From assembly GCA_046116545.1 (NCBI GenBank), contig CP175956.1, positions 897,734 through 961,733 of the forward strand: a stretch of 64,000 nucleotides of DNA, in the 5' to 3' direction. Positions 40,824-49,103 of this stretch are shown here, piece by piece (the stretch's first letter is position 1; every line of letters begins with the position of its first letter). Made by a program: the position numbers and the translations under genes. This DNA comes from Candidatus Moraniibacteriota bacterium. Its GTDB lineage: Bacteria; Patescibacteriota; Minisyncoccia; Moranbacterales; GCA-2747515. The notes under the pieces are model-generated. The model did not search any database, had not been told where the DNA came from, and saw only the letters and a list, made by a program, of their open reading frames with translations.

Positions 40824-41777
40824 CTATCCATCACCCCTCTTTGCCTTTGTTAATTCTACTGGTTCCGTAAAAACCATATTTTCTTCAACAACACTTAACT
40901 TTTCGTGAATAGCTCCCATTTGTACAAAATATTCAACAACCTCTTGAACCCTATATTCAGGAGCACTAGCTCCCGCACTTACTCCTACTTTTTCAATATT
41001 GCAAAGCCACTCCGTATCTATTTCTTTTGCTTCATCTATCAAATATGCTTTACATCCATTTTGTTTTGCAACCTCCACCAATCTTTTAGAATTTGAAGAT
41101 GTCTTTGAGCCAACTACAAAAATTATATCTACTTTTTTTGCTAAATCAGATATTGCGCTTTGACGATTTGTAGTTGCATAACAAATATCAGCAGCTGTTG
41201 GTGAAACTATATTTATACACTTACTTTTTAATGCTGTAATTATTTTATCCGTTTCTTCCACACTTAACGTTGTTTGAGTTAGAAAAGCTAATTTTTCATC
41301 TTCCCCACACTCGAATCCATCAACATCATGAATACTCTCAAGCACTTCAACATTAATTCCTAATTTTTCAGCTTCACCCACTACACCAAGCCCTTCTACA
41401 TGTCCCTTGTGCCCTATATAGACAACCCTATAACCTTCCTGTATAAATTTCACCATTTCCATATGAACCTTTGTCACAAGTGGACAAGTAGCATCAATAA
41501 CTTTTATATTTCTTTCCCTTGCTTTTTCGAAATGTTCCGGAGGTGAACCATGTGCACTAAAAACAGCAATTGAACCCTCTGGAATTTCCTCTACCGTCTC
41601 AACTGTAATAGCACCTTTGTTTTCCAAATCACTTACAACTGTTTTATTATGAACTATTGCATGTTTTATATACACAGGTTTACCAAAAATATTCAAACAA
41701 TCCTCAACAACATTAACACTTCTAGCAACTCCAGCACAAAATCCTCTAGGGTCTACTGTTACAATTTTTTTTATCAT
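40824..41777 (-). CDS. ispH: 4-hydroxy-3-methylbut-2-enyl diphosphate reductase
   Basis: RGFCAGV, SAHG, DATCPLV, GHVE, QTT, DICYATTNRQ, SSNS, AGASAP. Confidence 0.96.
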   Translation of the reverse strand: MIKKIVTVDPRGFCAGVARSVNVVEDCLNIFGKPVYIKHAIVHNKTVVSDLENKGAITVETVEEIPEGSIAVFSAHGSPPEHFEKARERNIKVIDATCPLVTKVHMEMVKFIQEGYRVVYIGHKGHVEGLGVVGEAEKLGINVEVLESIHDVDGFECGEDEKLAFLTQTTLSVEETDKIITALKSKCINIVSPTAADICYATTNRQSAISDLAKKVDIIFVVGSKTSSNSKRLVEVAKQNGCKAYLIDEAKEIDTEWLCNIEKVGVSAGASAPEYRVQEVVEYFVQMGAIHEKLSVVEENMVFTEPVELTKAKRGDG

Positions 41778-41793
41778 AAATAAAATTATTATA

Positions 41794-42270
41794 TTATTTT
41801 TTCATCCATAAACCAGCATTATTTTTTCTGGCATCTCGTTGAGCTTCTTTAAAAATATCTACATGGTATACGTCTGGAGGAAATGTTACAAATCTAGCAT
41901 AACCCTCATCTATCATTATTTTATTTATCCAATCATCACCAACATACACATGTCGCAACAATCTATCATATCTATCAGTCTCTGAAATATCTTTTTTCAA
42001 AACCACTTCTTTTCCTTCTATTAACTCTTTCAATCTATCTGTAGCTTCCTTATAATAAGGTTCCCCACGCTCTGGCGTATCCATCCCTATCATACGAATT
42101 CTCTCTCCTGTGTCAATATCAAATGTGTCACCATCAACAACATACGTTACTTCATGTTTTTGCCCAACATCTATAATACCACCAATTTCATCTTCTAAAT
42201 CAAAAAATACAGCAATTAACAACATTGCACAACTAACTAGTATTGCTATATATTTTTGTTTTTTCTGCAT
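41794..42270 (-). CDS. Thermonuclease (SNase) family secreted nuclease
   Basis: VVDGDT, IRMIGMDTPE, DRYDRLL, GLW. Confidence 0.92.
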   Translation of the reverse strand: MQKKQKYIAILVSCAMLLIAVFFDLEDEIGGIIDVGQKHEVTYVVDGDTFDIDTGERIRMIGMDTPERGEPYYKEATDRLKELIEGKEVVLKKDISETDRYDRLLRHVYVGDDWINKIMIDEGYARFVTFPPDVYHVDIFKEAQRDARKNNAGLWMKK

Positions 42271-42348
42271 AAGGTATTGACAAATTAATGTAAATGTTGT
42301 ATATTAGTAAGTTGCATTTATATTAAAATTATACAGGAGGCTCATAAT

Positions 42349-42477
42349 ATGGCAACCGAAAAAACCGTATCCAAAATCAATCCTTCGCTTCTAAGTGAAC
42401 TCATCAAAAGCCTCATAGAAGCTGTACAAAAAATGAACCCTTCTGCGGATGAAATGACTAAAATTATGTACAAATAG
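42349..42477 (+). CDS. Small protein (42 aa) or truncated gene
   Basis: TTGACA(42277)-17-TATATT, AGGAGG SD, MATEKTVSKINPSLLSELIKSLIEAVQKMNPSADEMTKIMYK. Confidence 0.5.
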   Translation: MATEKTVSKINPSLLSELIKSLIEAVQKMNPSADEMTKIMYK

Positions 42478-42572
42478 CCAAAAAATTCGCAAAGAGTTCA
42501 GAGAAATTCTTCACAAATACAAAAAGTAGTACAATACTTACTAGTGCGTTACATGTAAATCATGTGCGCACT

Positions 42573-43439
42573 TTATTTTTTTACAATCATTACATCTTTA
42601 TTCATGCCTTCAATTGCTTCTTTTTTCCCTGTTTTATAATCCCTAATAGCATTAAATAAAACACTGTCCTTATATTTATAACCTCGTCCCACTCTAGTTC
42701 CTGGGTCATTAGTTACAAATTCACCATTCTTTTTATCATAACCTACTATCACAAGCATATGCCTATCTGGTCCACCATTTGTAAAGTTAGGATTATCTAA
42801 CCACTTTCCATTTGTTGGAGCTATGATTATATTCCCGGCTGCCAATACTTTGTACATATCGTCCATTGATATATTTTTTGCAACCACAGAATCATGGCCG
42901 AAATACTCATTGAAAAATTTTGAAGTATCTTCTATTGAAGTATCAATTGCACCATTATACTTAGCTTTTTCTTTTTCAAACATATCTTCCATTTGCTTTT
43001 CTGTATCATTTTTTGATATATGCCACTGATTATTTATCCAAGCATCTGCCATAATCATTGAAGCTTCTTCACACGCATCTTGATATTCCTCTTCGTCCCA
43101 TTGTGCGTGTGGTGCTTGCACAACAAAAGGTACCCGATGTTTTACACTATTCTTTATAGATTCACTAATTTCTTCAGTTTTTTTTATTTCATCATCACCT
43201 TGATTCATTTCAGTTTCATCATCCACGTCCGATTCCTTCAGTTTCTTACTATTTTTTTTCTCAACTTTTTTATTATCATCTTTTTCCAAAACTATTTTTT
43301 GTGATGCATCTGAATAATTAACAAAAAAACTATCTGGTATCATGTACCAAGATACAATTACTACTAAAAAAATAAAAGAGGCTGCAAAACGTATAATAAA
43401 ACTTTTCATACAAAAATTAAAACTATTAAAATTATCCAT
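42573..43439 (-). CDS. C39-like cysteine peptidase, membrane anchored
   Basis: VPFVVQAP, DACEEAS, HMLVIVGYD, TNDPGT. Confidence 0.85.
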   Translation of the reverse strand: MDNFNSFNFCMKSFIIRFAASFIFLVVIVSWYMIPDSFFVNYSDASQKIVLEKDDNKKVEKKNSKKLKESDVDDETEMNQGDDEIKKTEEISESIKNSVKHRVPFVVQAPHAQWDEEEYQDACEEASMIMADAWINNQWHISKNDTEKQMEDMFEKEKAKYNGAIDTSIEDTSKFFNEYFGHDSVVAKNISMDDMYKVLAAGNIIIAPTNGKWLDNPNFTNGGPDRHMLVIVGYDKKNGEFVTNDPGTRVGRGYKYKDSVLFNAIRDYKTGKKEAIEGMNKDVMIVKK

Positions 43440-43592
43440 TTCCCCAAAAACAGATTGTAGATACTATTGTACCATATTTTTAGAAAAATGTCTGCATTTT
43501 TTACACTATAAACTTTTCTATTTACAATTTACTAGGTTTTGCAGAGTTTATGTAATGTGCTAAAATAATCACATTGTCTGTTATAACAAAAT

Positions 43593-44168
43593 ATGAGAAA
43601 AATAGTATTCGATATTGAAACAAAAAACACTTTTCAAGAAGTTGGCTCAAATGACGCCACAAAATTAGATATATCACTTTTAGTTATTTACGATTACAAA
43701 ACAAAAGAATACATGACTTTTACAGAAGATAACTTTAGTGAACTATGGCCTATATTAGAAGAAACTGACATGCTCATTGGCTACAATTCAAACAGCTTCG
43801 ATATCCCATTACTAAATAAATACTACCCTGGTGATTTGACTGCAGTGGGCAGTTTAGACATACTTGCTGAAATAAGAAAATCATTTGGAAAAGGAATGCG
43901 ATTAGACAATGTAGCAGAGGCTACAATTGGAGTTGGTAAAAGTGGACATGGACTTCAAGCAATTGAATGGTATAAAGAAGGTCGCATGGATAAAATAGAA
44001 AAATATTGCAAACAAGATGTAAAAGTTACTAAAGATGTATATGAATATGCACTAAAGCACAAGAAACTAAAATACAAAGATCTACTAGATACAATAGAAT
44101 TCACAATAGACACTAGTAATTGGGACAAAAATACAAGTAAAGCAATAAACTATACATTACCTTTATAA
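43593..44168 (+). CDS. RNase H-like (YprB/DEDD-type) exonuclease domain protein
   Basis: VFDIET, IGYNSNSFDIP, YCKQDVKVT. Confidence 0.88.
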   Translation: MRKIVFDIETKNTFQEVGSNDATKLDISLLVIYDYKTKEYMTFTEDNFSELWPILEETDMLIGYNSNSFDIPLLNKYYPGDLTAVGSLDILAEIRKSFGKGMRLDNVAEATIGVGKSGHGLQAIEWYKEGRMDKIEKYCKQDVKVTKDVYEYALKHKKLKYKDLLDTIEFTIDTSNWDKNTSKAINYTLPL

Positions 44169-44183
44169 AAACTACACCAATAT

Positions 44184-44213
44184 AAAAAAGATATCTACAA
44201 AGATATCTTTTTT
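44184..44213. terminator. Bidirectional terminator
   Basis: AAAAAAGATATCT/AGATATCTTTTT. Confidence 0.75.
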
Positions 44214-44245
44214 ATTTATTTTAATCTCCCGTATCCATTAACTCA

Positions 44246-45550
44246 TTACGGCCTAGTCTCAATAAGTCTACCACTGGAGCAATCTGCATTTGAATTACAT
44301 GTAGATGTACACGCTACATTATTAGTTGAGTCAGATGGAACTGGAGTTGCTTGACAACTTCCCTGTGCATTACATTCTCTTGCTGTGCAATATCCACTAG
44401 TTGTTCCTATTGTTGTTTTTGGATCATCAATTGTTGGATCTGATGAAGTGCAAGTTACTGGAATTGTTACTGAATTAGTATTTTGAGTTATATCAACTCC
44501 TAGAGTTCCTGTACCATTAAATGGAACTGTTTCACTTGAGTCATCTGTTTCACAAGTATATCTATTGCTACACAATCCTTCTGGTTCTACTGATATATTA
44601 ACTGTTGCATCACTGCCATCTATTGGCCAAGGGAATGGATTTGGATTTATTATTAATTCTGGTCTAAAGCATTGTGCATTACATACTATAGATTCTGCAT
44701 GTGTTGGATTATTTCCTATTCTTAGACAATTCCAACTCCAAGGTCCTTCTACTGAAGATCCTATCAAGCTACCTACTTCATATGTTCCTCCGGAACATAG
44801 TTCATCACTTTCTGTTGGTGCTGTTGTTAACAGAGGGTCAGCATCTGTGAATGTTGTGTTGCACTCAGCCTCTTCTTCGTTTGGAGCTGAACATGTAACA
44901 TCAGTTGTACCACCAGCATCACCTGTACAAGTCCAAGTCCACATATTTGTACTTGTATTTAATGTAACTGGATACGGAGTAGGATCTCCATATATACATA
45001 AATTTTCTTCTGGTTCTGGAGCTATTCCAGTTGCCTGCTCATCTGTTGTTGGATCACATATTCCACAGTTTCTTTGTAAATCTTCATTTAAATTGTCACA
45101 ACTTGTTCCTGACGTTGAGTGCCGTGTTACCGATGTTGCTGATTGAATCCCATTTTCATCACATTCACTCCATGTGTCTACCTCTAAGTAATAACAAGTA
45201 TACGTTATTCTAATTGGCTCTGAAACATTTGTACACCATACACCACAGCCCCCCGTATAGCAGGTGGCATAATTCGGGTTTTGTATTCCCCTACTACAAC
45301 TCGCACATGATCCTCCACTAGTACATGCTGAGGGCCCACAATAACCCCCTCCACGACAAATTCCTATAGTACCTACAGAGCTCCAGCTACACCTACTCAC
45401 ACTTGTTGTATAACAAGCAGGATCCCCAGCATTAACAGGTACACCGCCTTCTACTGCACATGTATTAGCTGCATTTACATTTTGAAATATAGCGAATACT
45501 GTGAATGTTAATATCATCAATGTTAATATTTTTTTCATATATTTATTCAT
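44246..45550 (-). CDS. Secreted cysteine-rich protein
   Basis: Signal peptide, about 33 Cys, two LC..G...W.W.C modules. Confidence 0.75.
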   Translation of the reverse strand: MNKYMKKILTLMILTFTVFAIFQNVNAANTCAVEGGVPVNAGDPACYTTSVSRCSWSSVGTIGICRGGGYCGPSACTSGGSCASCSRGIQNPNYATCYTGGCGVWCTNVSEPIRITYTCYYLEVDTWSECDENGIQSATSVTRHSTSGTSCDNLNEDLQRNCGICDPTTDEQATGIAPEPEENLCIYGDPTPYPVTLNTSTNMWTWTCTGDAGGTTDVTCSAPNEEEAECNTTFTDADPLLTTAPTESDELCSGGTYEVGSLIGSSVEGPWSWNCLRIGNNPTHAESIVCNAQCFRPELIINPNPFPWPIDGSDATVNISVEPEGLCSNRYTCETDDSSETVPFNGTGTLGVDITQNTNSVTIPVTCTSSDPTIDDPKTTIGTTSGYCTARECNAQGSCQATPVPSDSTNNVACTSTCNSNADCSSGRLIETRP

Positions 45551-46979
45551 TTATATTTAATGAATTACCATTTTCAAATGCATCTTCTGCTTTTTGATTA
45601 TATTCTTTTTCTTTTTGTGTATTTCCTAGTTGTCTATAACTATTTGCAATAGCATAGTTCAGATCTCTTTCTGTTGCTGGTTTACTTGCAGTTAATAATG
45701 ATACATCTTCTTTTACTAAAGCAATTCCTTTTTGAGCTTCTTCTATTGCTTCATTATATTTTTCTTGCATATACAATGCATATGACAATTTCAGATAACT
45801 AACTGCCTTTGTTGGTGAAAGTTCAATTGCTTTATTTGCATCATTTTCTGCTTCTTTATAGTTTTCTTGTGTAAAATTGAATTCTGAAAATGCTACATAT
45901 AGATTTGGATCATTTGGTGTTATTGTTTTTGCTTTTAGTAAATAGTTTTTTGCTTGTTGTGGATCTTTTTTGTCTATGAAAATACTAGCCATAATTTGAT
46001 ATGCTTCTGATTGAAAAACTGGATCTGCATTATCCATCTGTGTAACTATTTTACAATTCTTTATAGCCTCTTCGTAATTTGATCTTGAATATTCTAAATT
46101 ACATAAATTTGTATATATTACTATGTTCGTCCTATTACCATCTAACTTAGCTGCTGTATTAAATTCTTCTACAGCACCTTCTAATACTCCCATTATTCTA
46201 TATGTATGCCCTTTTCCTGTATGTGCTGACATATTACTATTATCAATTTCTAGAGCCTTATCATACATTAGCATTGCTTGTGTATAATCTGGTTTTATTT
46301 CATTGATATATCCTTCTACTCTATATACTTCTGAGTTTTTGTCATCTATTTTTTTTGCATTTTCTATTGCTTCAAATGCTTTGTCTACATAAGGAGTTTG
46401 ATTATTTCCTTGTTCTTGCTGGGTTAATCCTTTTTCTGCATATGACAGTGCTAAACTTATATAGTTGTTTATATTTTCTTTATCAGTTTCTGTTAATTTT
46501 TCATATTCTATTATTGCTTTTTCGTTATGTGCTTTTGAATATATATTTGCTAAGTATTGCGGATTATTTACTTCCATTTTTTCTATTGAGCTTTTAACTA
46601 CTTGATGACATGCATCTTTTTGAATTTCACTGTTAATACTGTCACAGAGGGATTCGTCAAGTTGATTTAATGCACGCTCATAAAAAGATGCATCCATTGT
46701 TGCACTTTTACATTTTTCTTTTAATACTTCTTTTTTAATACAATCACAACTGTTTATATCTTTTGTTTCTATTGCATATTTATATGATTTTTGGTCATTT
46801 TCATATTTACATTCAAGAACTGGAAGATCTCCGGTTACTTCATCCAACTCTACTTGTTCAATTTGATTATTTTTAATAATTGCATTTCTTGCTGGTTCAT
46901 ATAGAAATACAAATGCAGTTGCTGCAAATAGAATTATTGCAATACTTGCAATGATTGTTGCTTGTTTTTTATTTTGCAT
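45543..46979 (-). CDS. Membrane-anchored TPR protein
   Basis: N-terminal TM, two C..I.......C repeats, multiple TPRs; overlaps next gene. Confidence 0.85.
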   Translation of the reverse strand: MQNKKQATIIASIAIILFAATAFVFLYEPARNAIIKNNQIEQVELDEVTGDLPVLECKYENDQKSYKYAIETKDINSCDCIKKEVLKEKCKSATMDASFYERALNQLDESLCDSINSEIQKDACHQVVKSSIEKMEVNNPQYLANIYSKAHNEKAIIEYEKLTETDKENINNYISLALSYAEKGLTQQEQGNNQTPYVDKAFEAIENAKKIDDKNSEVYRVEGYINEIKPDYTQAMLMYDKALEIDNSNMSAHTGKGHTYRIMGVLEGAVEEFNTAAKLDGNRTNIVIYTNLCNLEYSRSNYEEAIKNCKIVTQMDNADPVFQSEAYQIMASIFIDKKDPQQAKNYLLKAKTITPNDPNLYVAFSEFNFTQENYKEAENDANKAIELSPTKAVSYLKLSYALYMQEKYNEAIEEAQKGIALVKEDVSLLTASKPATERDLNYAIANSYRQLGNTQKEKEYNQKAEDAFENGNSLNINE

Positions 46980-47041
46980 TGTTTTTTATTTTAATTGCTT
47001 AGTTTTATTTATTATAACATCTTTTAAAAAAATGAAAAGAT

Positions 47042-47758
47042 TTAAAACTTACCATTCAAAAACCTTTTTCTTTTTTGTTCTTCCATTTTTTCTATTGCAT
47101 ATCGCAATGTCACTCTTGGTAATTCATTGTAATTTTTCATTAAGAACTCTTCACAAATTTTATTATCACGCTTCCAAACCTCTCTAAGCATCCAACCTGT
47201 TGCTTTATGCATCAAATCTTCATCATTAGACAAAAAAACTTTTGCATATCTCAATGTATTGTCAAATTCACCTCTTTTTGTAAATGCCCATGTTGCCAAT
47301 ATACACACCCTACGATTCCAATAAAAATTTGACTTTGCTAATTCATCTAAAATATTCAATTCTTTTCTATTATCTGCAATATATTCACCTGCTATATGTG
47401 GCGCTGATAAATCAACTAGATTCCAATTATTGATATGCTCTAAGTTTTTTAGATAAAAATTATATATTTGCTTTTTAGTTACGTCATTTATTTTTTTACT
47501 CCGAAATCTCTCAACTAAAATAACGAGTGCGCACAAACGCTCCTCGTTATATTTTGAAGTTATTAATTTTTGTACATTCACTAAATCACAATCCTTGTAT
47601 TTTTTTGCAACTTTTCTCACATCTGGATTTAAAATACCCAAAAACCTATCATGCGCTCCATATTCACCTTTGCCAGTTTTAAAAAACCGTTCATTTGTTT
47701 CTTTTCGATTTTTTGTAATATGTTTTTTAAGGTCTTTACTTACATCAAGATAATTCAT
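47042..47758 (-). CDS. DNA alkylation repair protein, AlkD family
   Basis: FFKTGKGEYG, NNWNLVDLSA, KATGWMLRE, LRYAIE. Confidence 0.92.
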   Translation of the reverse strand: MNYLDVSKDLKKHITKNRKETNERFFKTGKGEYGAHDRFLGILNPDVRKVAKKYKDCDLVNVQKLITSKYNEERLCALVILVERFRSKKINDVTKKQIYNFYLKNLEHINNWNLVDLSAPHIAGEYIADNRKELNILDELAKSNFYWNRRVCILATWAFTKRGEFDNTLRYAKVFLSNDEDLMHKATGWMLREVWKRDNKICEEFLMKNYNELPRVTLRYAIEKMEEQKRKRFLNGKF

Positions 47759-47763
47759 GACTT

Positions 47764-48810
47764 TTATCGTTTCTCTGGTACAGCAACAGTTACATCTATA
47801 TCTTTTAACATTGTTGCAATGCCAATATTTATTTTATGTTGTGCATCCATATATAATGTATAATCCCTAGAATCTATTTTATATGAAAACTCAAAAATAA
47901 ATCCCCATTCACCAAATGTTTTCAGATGCACTCTACTACACTTAGCATTGTCAATTGCATTGATGATTTCTGTTATTTTTGCTGGAATTTGCTCCATTTT
48001 TTCAACATCTGTATCAAACTCTACAATAAATTGACTCTTTACATTTCGATCATCCATTCTCTTGTAATTATGCACCCTAGATGATGTCAAATCCTGATTT
48101 GACATAATCAATTCTTCACCAGTTCTTGCTTTTACTCTAGTTGTCTTAATTCCTATTTTTTTAATAGTCCCAATATCATCACCAACCTTAACTGTGTCTC
48201 CAGCCTTAAATGGCTTATCAAAATATATAGAAAATGAAGCAAATAAATCAGCTAATATCTCTTTTAAAGCAAAAGCAATTGCAATACCTCCAACTCCAAC
48301 ACCAGCTATAAGAGAAGCAATATTTACTCCAATATTTGAAAGTATCATCATAATTCCAAATATCCACACTATTATTGTAGCTATAGCACTTAGCAACTGA
48401 GCTGCACTCTTAGCATGTTCATCATCTTCATCTCCGCTAATTTTCCCGGCTACATATTCTATTACAATTTGAATTGATTTTGTAATTTGAAAAATAACAA
48501 CAACTATGACGACAACATTTACAATATTTTGCACAGCATCCCCTAAAGTAAGAGTCCTTAACGCAATATAAATTGCCAAAACAATATACAACCTAGGACG
48601 TATTGAATTTATAAACTCAACTATAACATCATCTATATCCGTTGCTGTCTTAAGTGCGAATTTTTCAAATTTTGACATTACAATTTTTTGCAATATAAAA
48701 AGCACAATGAGTGCAATAATAAAATACAAAAAAGCATCTACATAATTCGCAACAGAATTACCCCAAAACATTTTATCCAAAACATCGCCCTCAATAAATC
48801 TATTTATCAT
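47764..48810 (-). CDS. MscS-family mechanosensitive channel
   Basis: GVGGIAIAFALK, FDKPFKAGD, IGIKTTR. Confidence 0.93.
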   Translation of the reverse strand: MINRFIEGDVLDKMFWGNSVANYVDAFLYFIIALIVLFILQKIVMSKFEKFALKTATDIDDVIVEFINSIRPRLYIVLAIYIALRTLTLGDAVQNIVNVVVIVVVIFQITKSIQIVIEYVAGKISGDEDDEHAKSAAQLLSAIATIIVWIFGIMMILSNIGVNIASLIAGVGVGGIAIAFALKEILADLFASFSIYFDKPFKAGDTVKVGDDIGTIKKIGIKTTRVKARTGEELIMSNQDLTSSRVHNYKRMDDRNVKSQFIVEFDTDVEKMEQIPAKITEIINAIDNAKCSRVHLKTFGEWGFIFEFSYKIDSRDYTLYMDAQHKINIGIATMLKDIDVTVAVPEKR

Positions 48811-48924
48811 ATTTACAATTTAATTAATATATCTACAAATATTTAACTTACATTTATTTTAACTTATTTTTTCATACAGTACAATAAAAAATAAAATATC
48901 TATTCAAAATTTTTCCAATATAAC

Positions 48925-49024
48925 TGTCATTATGAGTGGCTGAGCTATTTCATATAGTTAAGTTATTATCTACCATAGATTGCTTCACAGAGCACAATTA
49001 ATATGACTTCTGTTCGCAAAGACG
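48925..49024. repeat. Degenerate GTCAT-type palindromic element
   Basis: tgtcattatgag...agattgcttc...ttcgcaaagac. Confidence 0.4.
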
Positions 49025-49103
49025 ATGATTTTTGGATAAATCTAAATAGTTACAAAAAAATACATATTTGAATATATATTCAAATATGTATTTTTTATAA
49101 TGC

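Noticed and set aside
44565-45146. 193-aa plus-strand ORF
   Set aside because: Antisense shadow of the cysteine-rich protein
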